Position numbers and translations under genes: made by a program
Notes under the pieces: generated by a model
Database searches by the model: none
What the model was told of the DNA's origin: nothing
The model's input: only the letters and a program-made list of their open reading frames with translations
Origin: a virus
Lineage: Duplodnaviria; Caudoviricetes
Direction: 5' to 3' (one strand)
Length of the DNA: 43,563 bases
IMG/VR virus record: IMGVR_UViG_3300032162_000171
Location: 1 to 43,563 of that record
In this document: positions 1 through 9,152 of the stretch, in pieces
How the letters are laid out: each line of letters begins with the position of its first letter
Position numbering within the stretch: the stretch's first letter is position 1

Positions 1-246
1 TTCATGTCGCCTATTATAGAGCAATAACGTCAATAGGGCAACATGAATCGTTCCAATCATGGGCGCTCCTCCCTGCCATAAATGGACAGGGACTCCGCGC
101 CCGCTACCGCGAGGTTTTCTGTTGAACCGAGAAAGCGTGTTACGCGGCCAGAGAGCGCGAGCAATGCGGGTCAGGCTCTAAGGTCGTCTTGGTTCTGCGT
201 TTCTTCATATTCCTCATCTTCTTCGCTCATTTCTTTCTGCCTTTCT

Positions 247-978
247 TTACTGATTCGCCAATTGCGCTGCTTTATCTAAATGCTCTTTAGCGGCTTGCCA
301 AATAGCGCTTAGGATGTTGGCGCGAAATATAATTGAAGTTTTAGAAATGGGAAGAATATGAGGTTCAATCTTATATTTTTTCATCAAACTTTCCGCGAGT
401 TCTGTTGATGTATATAAATATCCGGTATTGTATTTATCTCTAAACTCCTCTCGATTAACAATTTGCCAAACTTGTGACGCATAAGAATACTCGTCCATTG
501 ATAGTCCAATTTCCGTTTTCAATTTGCCATCGGACATACGCGATAGGGATTCATCAACGTCAGCTTTGGCATCAATCAATCGCGTGCCGTATTCAGCAAA
601 GCTAACACCAACTGACGTTGCGCTTTCGAGCTTCCGTATGGCTTTGACGGCTTCCTTCGCTGCTGCTTTTATGCTGCTCTCGGCGTTAGAAGCTGACGAC
701 CCACTTTCAGAAAAAATTAGACTCGCCACTTCGGACATATCAATCTGCTGGACGGAAGACCCAACCATGATTGATAGCTTTCGAGAGTTCGCGCCAACGA
801 ATTTGCCTTTCAATGTTTGACCGTCTTTGAGGACGGCAGACACTGGAAGCGTTTGTGGGGGCGCGGCAGTATTTACGGGAGCAGTTGTGCGACGCCGATT
901 TGTCTGAGCATGGCCGCTCTCTGTTATGGTGCATAGCATTACCACCAAAAGAATCAACGACAAAGAAAAGTCTTTCAT
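247..978 (-). CDS. Secreted/exported hypothetical protein (moron-like)
   Basis: 243 aa ORF with hydrophobic signal peptide ending ...ESGHA|Q, AAGG/GGAA-type RBS upstream, AT-richer than the structural genes. Confidence 0.75.
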   Translation of the reverse strand: MKDFSLSLILLVVMLCTITESGHAQTNRRRTTAPVNTAAPPQTLPVSAVLKDGQTLKGKFVGANSRKLSIMVGSSVQQIDMSEVASLIFSESGSSASNAESSIKAAAKEAVKAIRKLESATSVGVSFAEYGTRLIDAKADVDESLSRMSDGKLKTEIGLSMDEYSYASQVWQIVNREEFRDKYNTGYLYTSTELAESLMKKYKIEPHILPISKTSIIFRANILSAIWQAAKEHLDKAAQLANQ

Positions 979-1038
979 GGGAGTTCCTTCTGAATTTTTA
1001 GTTCTCGATCATTGGTTCTGATTATGCCATATAAATAA

Positions 1039-1063
1039 AAAAGGCCGCTACTAGCGGCCTTTT
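1039..1063. terminator. Bidirectional intrinsic terminator-like palindrome
   Basis: AAAAGGCCGCTA-C-TAGCGGCCTTTT perfect inverted repeat with A/T tracts on both sides. Confidence 0.6.
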
Positions 1064-1110
1064 ACCTCTAGATGTTGGTCGCTGATGGTACTCACTTCTT
1101 CACGCCTTTC

Positions 1111-1273
1111 TTATCCGGGAAGCGTACCATTATCAGAAAGAGTTACGCGAACGCTACGGTAAGCAGGTCAAGTTACCGTTTGACGCGCCCGCTGAGGAGG
1201 CAGTGGCGTAAGCGTCAATCTCAAGCAGCGAAAAGGAAGGCTCGACGAGCTTTCCTTTTTTATGCGCTCAACC
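1111..1273 (+). repeat. Diverged direct repeat copy 1: orphan 3' end plus terminator of the gene at 7971..8408
   Basis: Aligns by eye to 8308..8471; encodes the same tail IREAYHYQKELRERYGKQVKLPFDAPAEEAVA* but lacks the 5' part of the gene. Confidence 0.9.
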
Positions 1274-1317
1274 TATAAGTGTGGAGAGAGAAGTGCGAGA
1301 AAAAAGCAGGCTGCGGC

Positions 1318-4300
1318 TTAACGAATTTCGGTGGCGAGCGCGCCGCGCATCGCGCGGGCGTTCTGGCGGGCAGAGCGTTGGAAGGAAGCGGCGTCCGGCG
1401 TGTGGATTTCCTGCTTGAAGTGAATCGTGACGTTTTTTTGCGGCGCGCGATTCGACGACAGGCCGGAAGAATTAACGGGCGGAACGTAATTATCGTTAGC
1501 GAACCCTCCGGCGGCGAAGGCCGGAAAGATATTCGTGCGCTGCATAAACGAACTGAGAAGCGCGGCGGTGCGCGCGCGGTGTTTCGGGTCGGTTGAAAGA
1601 ACGAGTTCGTCAAAGCCCCCTTCGGCAACTTGAATGAGCTTGCCGCCCGTAGCTGCTGTGATCATGCCGCCGAGCGCGTGCGGCCCGGCGAAGCGTGGGC
1701 GCACGTCGCCCGTTCCTCCCGGCGTATAGGAACTGCCGCCGCCGAGATCGGTTGAGCCACCACCCGATGCCCATTTGCCTATGCCGCCCGATATCGCGCC
1801 GGAGAGTGCGGCACCGAACAATCCCTTCCAGAAGCCGCCACCTGAATTACCGGCCATGATCATGCTCGCAATCGAAGCAATTTGCCCGACGATGCCCTGC
1901 CCGACTGTGGCGAGCGTTCCGGCCTGAGCTTTGCCCGAAGAATTAACGGCGTCGGTCGATTTATTGCCCGCGCCTTCAATCGCGCCCTTCATCTTTTCGC
2001 CCGCTTGATCGAGCGCGCCGACGGCTGTGCCGTTTGATTGATTCTTGAGAACGGAATTTTCGATGCTATTCACGGTGCTGTTTACAACGGCTCCAACAGC
2101 TTCGTTAGTTTTGTCGCTCTTTTTGCTTTTGCCGCCGCTGAATTTACCGGCTAACTTTCCGAAGAATCCTCCGGTGTTGTTATCGTCGCTTACGTCACCG
2201 AATAAATAACCTGAGAGCTTCGCTGCGGCGGCTTTGAGAATCATTTGCCTGACCATGTCGGCAAAGCCAAGCCCCATCCGGGAGAACATTCCTTTGACGC
2301 CGCCCTCGGTGCTGCTGAGAGCACTGGTGAAAGTAGACTGGAAGCCGTCGCTCATCTCCTTCCATGCTTTGTTGCTCTTCTGGATGACACGGTCAGCCCA
2401 TGCGCCAACAGCCTGATCTGCTTTGTTGAATGAATCAACAGCAGCATTGCCCGCATCGCCAGTTTTCTCTACATCGTCAAGGATGTATGACGTAGCAAGA
2501 TGCGTCTTTTCGGCGGCGCGCGCGGACTCCTCAAATACGCGCGGAATCTGCGGTAATAAATCGGCGGTGCGTTGAATACTGGTTAAAAGGCCACCAACGG
2601 GCAGCGTGAGCGCGGAAAAGCCTGTTTCCTTATCGAAGCGGTCTTGAAATCCACCACTTGCACGGTTCGCTTGCGTCCATGCAGGCTTCACGAATGGATC
2701 GCGCCCGCTTGTGTAGTCTTCGCGTTGCTTTGCACGGGTAAAGCCGCCGCCGATCAAACTTTCTGCGGCGTTGACGATGCGAACAGGCACGCCGCCATTG
2801 ACGCTAAAGTTCACTCCCGCGCCTAACTTGGCGACGGCAGCGAGCGCCATCTCGCCTTGCTTAATAAGGCCATCGCCGTTGCGATCCCATGTCGGGGCAT
2901 TGCCCGCGTAACCACGATCACCGCGTCGCATGACAACAGATTCATCGCCGCGTCCAACCTTGCCTGTGCCGACGGCAGAATAAAGCGCGCCCTGTGAACT
3001 TAAATCTTTGCCTTTGAAGTAGTGATCGAAATACTTAAAGACGTAATCGAGTTGTTTCGTTGCAGACATTGAGCGAAGCGCAGCCGTCGTCGTGCCGAGT
3101 TCTTTGGCGGTTGATGCCATAAACTGAATAAGGCCGCTTGCGGAACTCGTCGGATTCTTCGCCGCCGGATTAAATGTTCCGCTGGTTTCAACCGCCATCA
3201 CGTTGAGCATGTGGTCTGGGTTAATGCCGCGCTTCTGTGATCCACTCTTTAGCTTGTCAAGGAAATCAGGTTCGCGGGAGACGAGCTTATCAAGGGACAG
3301 TTTAGACTTCGCCTGTGCCGTCACATTACCAATCATGCGCATCGTTGCGCTGCTGGCAATCCCCAACCCGCTCTCAATACCGATAGCGAAACCTTCGGCG
3401 GCATTGATGCCTAATCCGATGAAGACGGTGCTTGGGCTGTTAATGCCGAGCGCGCTCTTGACGGTCTTAACAATTCCGCCATCACCTAAAGCCAAATCAA
3501 CCAGAGAGCCTGCGACGACGCTTTTGCCAGCCGCGATACCTTCGGTCAACCCGCTTGTGATGCTGCCGCCGAGTAATCCCACCGCCGCCGTCTTTATCAA
3601 ACCGGAAACGGGCGAAATAGCCATGTTGATTGTTGCCGCCAAACTGCTCGCAACGTCGCCGCGCTGGAGCGCCGCGCCAACCGTGTCCGAAATATCACGC
3701 GTTAAGTTCTCTGTGGCCTTGCCCTGCGCCTGCTGGCGTATGTCTTCGAGGTTGCTCATGCGCCCCGTGAAGGTATTCGAGACGCGCGTCATCTGCCCGC
3801 CGTAGCGTGCTTCGCCTTGCGCGAGAATAGCTTTGACCGCCATGCCGCCGTTCAACTGTCCCGCTGCGGCGAGCTTCTGCGTCTGCGCGACGGTCTTGCC
3901 GATGGCCTTTGCGAGCAAGTCCCACGCTGGAATTCCGCGCTCGGCAAGCTGGTTCATCTCCTCCGCAGAGACTTTGCCTTTGGTCTTCATCTGGCCGAGA
4001 GCGAGCAGCACACCGTCGAGCGATTCTTTGCTGATAGAGCCAGTGGATGAAACGGCGTTACCAACGGCCGTCAACGTAGGTATCACATCACCGGCAGCGA
4101 AGCCGAAAGCCTGCATACGCTGTGACGCGCCGACTAAATCTTCAAATTGAAAAGGCGTCTTATCTGCGAACTTCGACAATTCTGAAATGTGTGCAAGGGC
4201 TTTATCGGATGAGCCGAGCAGCGTCTCAAAACCTATCTTGGAAGTCTCCATGAAGGCATTGAATTTAATACCGGCTTCGGCGGCGCTTGTGAGCGGGCGC

Positions 4301-4815
4301 ACGAGCGCGCCCGCGAGTTGTCCGATCTGCGGAATGCCTTGAATGATTTCGGAGATGTTAGCAAGGCCGGGAAGAAAGCTGCTCATTCCGCCGCCGCTGC
4401 TCATCTCTCTTGAAGCGCGATTGAAGCCGGTTATCTTGCTGATAAGTGCGCCGATGCGTGACCCTGCGCTTTCACTTGCCGAATCAACGGATTTAACTTT
4501 CCCGGTGAATTCTGAAGCGCCCTGTCCGGCAGTGGCGAATTTCCCGCGCGAGTCGCGTAGCCTGTCGCTGAGATTTCCGACTTGCTTTCCCGCGCGCTCC
4601 ATTTTGTTGCCGGTGGAGTTTACGGTCTTGCCAGCTTGGTCAATTTTCCCTGTTGATTGGTTTGATTCATTACCGGCTTGGTTGATTTTCTGTCCGAATT
4701 GTTGCGCCGCTTTTTCGGTTCTAACGAACTTGGCATCGAGGCGATCAAGCCCATGCTCCGCCGAGTCGCCGTTCCAGTTAGCACTGACGAGCAAATTTGC
4801 GATGTCTGTTGACAT
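1318..4815 (-). CDS. Tail tape measure protein with lytic transglycosylase (SLT-like) domain
   Basis: 1165 aa Ala/Gly-rich; tape-measure motif (FADKTPFQF...LGQMKTKGKVSAEEMNQLAERGIPAW); SLT motif VMAVETSGTFNPAAKNPTSSASGLIQFM; downstream of tail chaperones. Confidence 0.92.
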   Translation of the reverse strand: MSTDIANLLVSANWNGDSAEHGLDRLDAKFVRTEKAAQQFGQKINQAGNESNQSTGKIDQAGKTVNSTGNKMERAGKQVGNLSDRLRDSRGKFATAGQGASEFTGKVKSVDSASESAGSRIGALISKITGFNRASREMSSGGGMSSFLPGLANISEIIQGIPQIGQLAGALVRPLTSAAEAGIKFNAFMETSKIGFETLLGSSDKALAHISELSKFADKTPFQFEDLVGASQRMQAFGFAAGDVIPTLTAVGNAVSSTGSISKESLDGVLLALGQMKTKGKVSAEEMNQLAERGIPAWDLLAKAIGKTVAQTQKLAAAGQLNGGMAVKAILAQGEARYGGQMTRVSNTFTGRMSNLEDIRQQAQGKATENLTRDISDTVGAALQRGDVASSLAATINMAISPVSGLIKTAAVGLLGGSITSGLTEGIAAGKSVVAGSLVDLALGDGGIVKTVKSALGINSPSTVFIGLGINAAEGFAIGIESGLGIASSATMRMIGNVTAQAKSKLSLDKLVSREPDFLDKLKSGSQKRGINPDHMLNVMAVETSGTFNPAAKNPTSSASGLIQFMASTAKELGTTTAALRSMSATKQLDYVFKYFDHYFKGKDLSSQGALYSAVGTGKVGRGDESVVMRRGDRGYAGNAPTWDRNGDGLIKQGEMALAAVAKLGAGVNFSVNGGVPVRIVNAAESLIGGGFTRAKQREDYTSGRDPFVKPAWTQANRASGGFQDRFDKETGFSALTLPVGGLLTSIQRTADLLPQIPRVFEESARAAEKTHLATSYILDDVEKTGDAGNAAVDSFNKADQAVGAWADRVIQKSNKAWKEMSDGFQSTFTSALSSTEGGVKGMFSRMGLGFADMVRQMILKAAAAKLSGYLFGDVSDDNNTGGFFGKLAGKFSGGKSKKSDKTNEAVGAVVNSTVNSIENSVLKNQSNGTAVGALDQAGEKMKGAIEGAGNKSTDAVNSSGKAQAGTLATVGQGIVGQIASIASMIMAGNSGGGFWKGLFGAALSGAISGGIGKWASGGGSTDLGGGSSYTPGGTGDVRPRFAGPHALGGMITAATGGKLIQVAEGGFDELVLSTDPKHRARTAALLSSFMQRTNIFPAFAAGGFANDNYVPPVNSSGLSSNRAPQKNVTIHFKQEIHTPDAASFQRSARQNARAMRGALATEIR

Positions 4816-4854
4816 AATCCGTGCGTGAGGAAATCAAGGAAGGGAAAAACGAGA

Positions 4855-4916
4855 ACGCCCGCGATTAGCTACACGTCTCCAAAGAAATTTGAGACGTATG
4901 CTGATCGCGGGCGTGA
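4855..4916 (-). promoter_or_regulatory. Long hairpin upstream of the tape measure gene (terminator/attenuator-like)
   Basis: ACGCCCGCGATTAGC...GCTGATCGCGGGCGT outer stem with inner ACGTCTC/GAGACGT stem; T-rich tail on the minus strand. Confidence 0.55.
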
Positions 4917-5117
4917 CAGAAGTTTCTGTGAGGCTCGACTATGTGATCGGCTTCCGGTTCGCGTGTGGCCTTACGGCGAGACGCAATTCCGAGGACATTT
5001 AAGCCCTAAATTCAGTTGTCAGGGCGCACATTTGCGCGCTATTGAAGATAACATATTTTCAGTTTTTAGCAACAGTGTTGTGAGGTGTGATAAAAAGTTT
5101 AGGAAAGGGAGGGATTT

Positions 5118-5738
5118 ATGAAGAGAACTTTACAGGTTTATCTAAATAAGCGCGTATTGAAATCCATTCTTTGCGGCATCGTTTTTATTAACGGGTCTTT
5201 TGCCTTTGCCCAAATCGAAACTGTTAAGACACGAAAGTTTAAGACGACCTATAAAATAACAATGTACACAGAGGCGGACTTTCATTCGCCTAAAATAAAA
5301 GAGATTCCCGCTAATGTGATTCTTCAATCATTGGAGGAAACCGAACGCTACGGCGGCTACATTAAAGTCTTTTATAAAAATAAAACTGGCTGGGTTCTTA
5401 AAGCGGAAACAGAGCGGTATATGGATGTACCCGCATCTGAAATAATCTTTGAATCTAAAGGGTATAAGATTATCGGTGACGTTTATCGTTATTTCTTTTT
5501 CATACGCAACGATGGCACGCTTGCCTATTCGGGGACTACTACGCTTCGATTGTTTGATAAAGATGACAAGGTGGTATTTGAGAAGACCGTAGACGCATCA
5601 ACCACGCCGTTGAATCCTGCTACCGGCGGAGTCATTCCTATTGACCTTCGTACTGAAGCACTGCGATTTGAGTTTGAGTTTCAAGGAGGGAAAATCAAAG
5701 GCGTCACAGGACAGCTAATCGAACGTATACCAAATTAA
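5118..5738 (+). CDS. Secreted protein, probable N-terminal SH3-like domain (moron)
   Basis: 206 aa, AT-rich, signal peptide ending AFA|Q, pattern YIKVFYKNKTGWV resembles bacterial SH3; GGAGG RBS. Confidence 0.65.
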   Translation: MKRTLQVYLNKRVLKSILCGIVFINGSFAFAQIETVKTRKFKTTYKITMYTEADFHSPKIKEIPANVILQSLEETERYGGYIKVFYKNKTGWVLKAETERYMDVPASEIIFESKGYKIIGDVYRYFFFIRNDGTLAYSGTTTLRLFDKDDKVVFEKTVDASTTPLNPATGGVIPIDLRTEALRFEFEFQGGKIKGVTGQLIERIPN

Positions 5739-5761
5739 CGTCGCCCCGCCAACCAACACCT

Positions 5762-6004
5762 TTACTTCTTCTCGGCTTTTTTGTCCGGCTGCTTTGCTGG
5801 GCGTCCACGTCCACGCTTCTCGAATCCATCCAAGTCGGTTTCAGGGATAACCCACACAGAGCCGCGCGGCGTCTCTAGGGGTTCGGCGTTTGGAAACTTA
5901 CCTTCAGCACACCACATTCTAACGCTGGATTGTCCGGCGTCTAATCTTTCGGCTGCTTCTCTTACAGTTATCATCCTAGTTTTGCCCTTCTTCATAGGCT
6001 GCAT
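5762..6004 (-). CDS. Excisionase/MerR-like HTH DNA-binding protein with C-terminal GRP (AT-hook-like) tail
   Basis: ITVREAAERLDAGQSSVRMWCAEGKF HTH pattern; KRGRGRPAK tail; exact start (6004 or 5995) uncertain. Confidence 0.75.
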   Translation of the reverse strand: MQPMKKGKTRMITVREAAERLDAGQSSVRMWCAEGKFPNAEPLETPRGSVWVIPETDLDGFEKRGRGRPAKQPDKKAEKK

Positions 6005-6095
6005 AATATATAGCGCAGCCGTCAAAATAAAGCAAGAAAATAATCAGCGCGTGCGATGTTTTATCCTTGCTTTAATTCAGCGCGTGCGCTATATT
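6005..6095. promoter_or_regulatory. Divergent sigma70-type promoters with repeated operator CAGCGCGTGCG
   Basis: Plus: TTGCTT(6067)-17 nt-TATATT(6090). Minus: TTGCTT(6035)-17 nt-TATATA. The 11-mer is at 6045-6055 and 6078-6088, the second copy inside the spacer. Confidence 0.6.
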
Positions 6096-6134
6096 CTCTC
6101 TTGTCAGAAACAATTCACGAAACGGAGAGACACC

Positions 6135-6344
6135 ATGACAACCGCAATCGAACCGAAAATTGAAACGCTCGTCACCGATTCATACGCAATCGAAGTTGAC
6201 ACGACGGGGCGCGGCGCGTTCGCAACGGTCAAAGATGAGCACAGCCCCTTTAACGGCATCTCGGCTTTCGCCAGCACCGCGCACGCGGCGATTGCGATGC
6301 TTCGCGGCAAGGTCGAAGCCGCATGGCGTGAACTCGCCGTCTAA
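6135..6344 (+). CDS. Hypothetical protein (69 aa)
   Basis: ATG preceded by GGAGAG RBS, first gene after the promoter. Confidence 0.7.
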   Translation: MTTAIEPKIETLVTDSYAIEVDTTGRGAFATVKDEHSPFNGISAFASTAHAAIAMLRGKVEAAWRELAV

Positions 6345-6380
6345 AGCGAAAAAGTCTAACCACAAGGAAAGGAGCACACG

Positions 6381-6572
6381 ATGGACGACTACACGATTCT
6401 CGTCGCAGAGGACGCCAGCACATTAAGCAGCCTTGTCAACAACCTCATCAAGCATGATTGGGAGCCACAAGGCGGCGTCTGCCTGTCCCAAGCCCAAGTT
6501 TACGATAAGGAAGAAGACAAGTTCGGAGATGTATGGACGCAGGCGATGGTCAAGCGGGATGCGGCGCGCTAA
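6381..6572 (+). CDS. Small DUF1737-like protein
   Basis: YTIL...LSSLVNNLIKHDWEPQGGV...QAMVK pattern; AAGGAG RBS; paralog at 42195..42371. Confidence 0.75.
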   Translation: MDDYTILVAEDASTLSSLVNNLIKHDWEPQGGVCLSQAQVYDKEEDKFGDVWTQAMVKRDAAR

Positions 6573-6579
6573 ATGAAAC

Positions 6580-6613
6580 GGGCGAGGAAAGCGTTACCGC
6601 GCTTTCCTCGCCC
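6580..6613. terminator. Strong hairpin after the DUF1737-like gene
   Basis: GGGCGAGGAAAGCG-TTACCG-CGCTTTCCTCGCCC, 14-bp perfect stem; weak U-tract. Confidence 0.5.
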
Positions 6614-6651
6614 TCAGCCTTTAACCTTCCCAACGAAGAAAGGAAAAAGCA

Positions 6652-7041
6652 ATGCCCGGTAAGGATACCACGAAACAGATACATAAAGAAGAACCTTGTG
6701 ATGCGCTGCAACGCTCGCTGAACGATCTGGCTAAAGATTTCAATTACAAACCGATCACATGGCAGCGCGCCGAAGAAATCGCCGATTTACTGACCGACTT
6801 TGACGACGACAGAATAGCTTTCGGTCTTATCGAATTGCTGCATGGTATCTGCGCCGAAGCCTTTAGCGGAGGCAGGATTAACGTCGAAAGTTTAGTTATG
6901 CCCGCAGCTTGGAAGGCTTACACGAAAACCTCTCATTTTAGTTCCGCCTTCAAGGAATTCGCTTCGCTCGATCCGAGTAACGAGCGCGACCGGCGCGTGA
7001 TTGATCGTGAATTCGACGATGAAAACGAAACGATAAATTAA
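6652..7041 (+). CDS. Hypothetical protein
   Basis: 129 aa ORF with AAGGA RBS in an operon context. Confidence 0.7.
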   Translation: MPGKDTTKQIHKEEPCDALQRSLNDLAKDFNYKPITWQRAEEIADLLTDFDDDRIAFGLIELLHGICAEAFSGGRINVESLVMPAAWKAYTKTSHFSSAFKEFASLDPSNERDRRVIDREFDDENETIN

Positions 7042-7066
7042 CGCCGAAACAAAGCAGGAAAGAATC

Positions 7067-8005
7067 ATGCCGACATCAAGCAAAACCGAAAGGATACCGC
7101 TCGCGGACGTGCGCGTCACGAACCGCCGCCGCGAAGAGTTCGGCGACATCGAAGGGCTGGCGGAGAGCATTCGCAAGTACGGCCTCTTTCACCCGATTGT
7201 CGTTGACGAAGAAAACAATCTCATCGCGGGCGAGCGCCGCCTGCGCGCGTGCCGCTTCCTTGAGTGGTCGGAGATTCCGGCGAGGATGTACCGCGAGCTT
7301 ACCGATGACGAGAAATCCGAAATCGAACTTGAGGAAAACCTTCGCCGCAAAGATTTAACGCCGTATGAGCAGTCGAGAAATTTGGTGAAGCTGGCGGAGA
7401 CGGCGGCGAAGATTGATGAGAAAGAATTATCGAAAGTCACTTTCGATAATTCCGAAGGTGAATTACGTTTTGCGGAAAAACGTAATTCTGCTGGCCGTCC
7501 TGAAAAACCCGGCTCGCTGCGCCGCGTTGCCGAACGTCTCGGTGTCTCGCCAGCGCCTATTGTTCAGGCGCAAAAACACGTCGCCGCCGTCGAGCGTTAT
7601 CCCGAACTGCAATCCATCCCGACGCAAAAGGACGCGCTCACAATCGCCAAGAACCTCGACGCGCTTCCCGAAGAAACACGCACCGAAGCGCGCGAGAAGC
7701 TGGCGCAGAACGACGCCGACACGCTCACCACGCTTGCGGAGAAGCCGCCGATGCCTGCGCGCGACCCGAACGCCAAGAAGTCGGCGGCGGAACGGTGGAC
7801 GCAGGGCATTTACGAAACGCAAAAGATTTTTACGAGTGTCGGGATGCTGGGCGGTATCCGGCAGTTAGTCCGCTCTTGGAACCCAAAAGAGCGTGCCGCC
7901 TATTACACGCGAGTCTGCGAATTATCACAGCAACTCGCCCAACTGAAAGACCAACTTGAGGAGGTATTAGATGCAGAGCGCGATGGACAAGAAAATGTCG
8001 CGTAG
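7067..8005 (+). CDS. ParB/Spo0J-like protein (ParB N-terminal domain plus HTH)
   Basis: LAESIRKYGLFHPIVV...LIAGERRLRA and ELEENLRRKDLTPYE motifs; HTH SLRRVAERLGVS. Confidence 0.88.
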   Translation: MPTSSKTERIPLADVRVTNRRREEFGDIEGLAESIRKYGLFHPIVVDEENNLIAGERRLRACRFLEWSEIPARMYRELTDDEKSEIELEENLRRKDLTPYEQSRNLVKLAETAAKIDEKELSKVTFDNSEGELRFAEKRNSAGRPEKPGSLRRVAERLGVSPAPIVQAQKHVAAVERYPELQSIPTQKDALTIAKNLDALPEETRTEAREKLAQNDADTLTTLAEKPPMPARDPNAKKSAAERWTQGIYETQKIFTSVGMLGGIRQLVRSWNPKERAAYYTRVCELSQQLAQLKDQLEEVLDAERDGQENVA

Positions 8006-8408
8006 AGTGTTCATTGAAGCGTTGAAGTCGAAAGACTTTATGACGACAGACCAAGCGGTTGCGCGTCTTAACAAGCGCAACTATTGGGACGATGAGCAAA
8101 TCAACGACGCGATTCTCGAATTCAAGAAAACCCACGTTCGCCGGATGATCCGACAGGTCAAAGACGAACGCGGGCGTCCTGTTTTTGCAAACATCGAAAT
8201 CACCGACGGCGAAGGCGAAACGCGAAACGGGTACATGCAAGTCGCCCTTTTCGACGTAGAGCATTACCGTCAAGTGATCGATTACAACATAAAGTGCGCG
8301 CAGCACTTTATCCGGGAAGCTTACCACTACCAGAAAGAGTTACGCGAACGCTACGGTAAGCAGGTCAAATTGCCCTTTGACGCGCCCGCTGAGGAGGCAG
8401 TGGCGTAG
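7971..8408 (+). CDS. Hypothetical protein coupled to the ParB-like gene
   Basis: 145 aa, GAGGAGG RBS, overlaps the ParB stop, followed by a terminator. Confidence 0.8.
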   Translation: MQSAMDKKMSRRVFIEALKSKDFMTTDQAVARLNKRNYWDDEQINDAILEFKKTHVRRMIRQVKDERGRPVFANIEITDGEGETRNGYMQVALFDVEHYRQVIDYNIKCAQHFIREAYHYQKELRERYGKQVKLPFDAPAEEAVA

Positions 8409-8471
8409 GCGTCTATTTCAACCAACAAAAAAAGGAAGGCTTGAAAGTCTTCCTTTTTTATGTACTCAACC
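8308..8471 (+). repeat. Diverged direct repeat copy 2, includes bidirectional terminator AAAAAAGGAAGGCTT...AAGTCTTCCTTTTTT
   Basis: Aligns by eye to 1111..1273. Confidence 0.9.
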
Positions 8472-8706
8472 CGTCTCGCTGTTTCGCAAGCTCGAATGCC
8501 ATACGCTCGCCTTCGCGCTCTGCTTTTTCTGCCATCAAAGCACAGCTTACCCAGAACGTCGGCTGACGGGCTAACTCCCACGGTGGCACATTCATCAAGC
8601 GCGCCGCTCTGATTAAGGGATACCATTCCGGTGTCTCTCCAAGCTCGCCGCCTGTGCCGATATAGCGGGCTAGGTCGTCGGTTGTTTCGGCTGTGCCAGC
8701 TTTCCC
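8458..8706 (-). CDS. -1 frameshift extension of the tail assembly chaperone (gpGT-like)
   Basis: Slippery G GGA AAG at 8700-8706, the lambda G-T heptamer; the -1 frame reads AGTAETTDDLARYIGTGGELGETPEWYPLIRAARLMNVPPWELARQPTFW...GLST* and is absent from the ORF track. Confidence 0.85.
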   Translation of the reverse strand, partial: GKAGTAETTDDLARYIGTGGELGETPEWYPLIRAARLMNVPPWELARQPTFWVSCALMAEKAEREGERMAFELAKQRDGLST

Positions 8707-9005
8707 AAAAAATCACTCACCTGATTCACCATTTGGGCGAGCAACTGATACGGCAACCGAACAAGGCTTTCATAAGTCGGCGGGAAGGCTTCACCGTTCA
8801 AAATAACATCCCAAGATGCAATCAAATCCGAAAGCATTGTTGCGTATTCGTCTTTGCGGTTCTCGGTTTCAGCGGTCAATGCGGCGACAAGATCGGCGCG
8901 ATATTGAGGCGTTAATTTTCCGGTGTAAATTTCCACCTGAATCTTTTCGTCTTGATATTCGATTGTGAAGCTGGCGGTTTTGTTGAGTAAGTCAGAGAGT
9001 TCCAT
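8670..9005 (-). CDS. Tail assembly chaperone (gpG-like)
   Basis: 111 aa, LIASWDV motif, lies between tail tube and tape measure, carries the slippery site. Confidence 0.85.
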   Translation of the reverse strand: MELSDLLNKTASFTIEYQDEKIQVEIYTGKLTPQYRADLVAALTAETENRKDEYATMLSDLIASWDVILNGEAFPPTYESLVRLPYQLLAQMVNQVSDFLGKLAQPKQPTT

Positions 9006-9079
9006 GATTCCGGGTTTGTCCTTGAATGGATTGAGGTGGGGAAGCCGCGCGTGTTTCTCGCGCGCGCGGCTTGTGAGGA

Positions 9080-9107
9080 AGTCAGTGGTCAGTAGTCAGT
9101 AGTCAGC
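9080..9107 (+). repeat. Heptamer tandem repeat (AGTCAGT)x4, imperfect
   Basis: AGTCAGT GGTCAGT AGTCAGT AGTCAGC. Confidence 0.8.
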
Positions 9108-9109
9108 GA

Positions 9110-9139
9110 TTAGGCAAAAGTGCTGCGCGTTGCGTCGCC
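9110..9139 (-). pseudogene. Displaced, probably original, 3' end of the tail tube gene (GDATRSTFA*)
   Basis: Matches the current C-terminus GDALRSTFA* at 9764..9793. Confidence 0.8.
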
Positions 9140-9152
9140 AACATTCACCACC

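Noticed and set aside
1072-1278. 68-aa plus-strand ORF
   Set aside because: Out-of-frame reading of the duplicated gene remnant
8351-8716. 121-aa ORF as the chaperone extension
   Set aside because: Wrong frame; the -1 frame ending at 8458 gives the protein-like product
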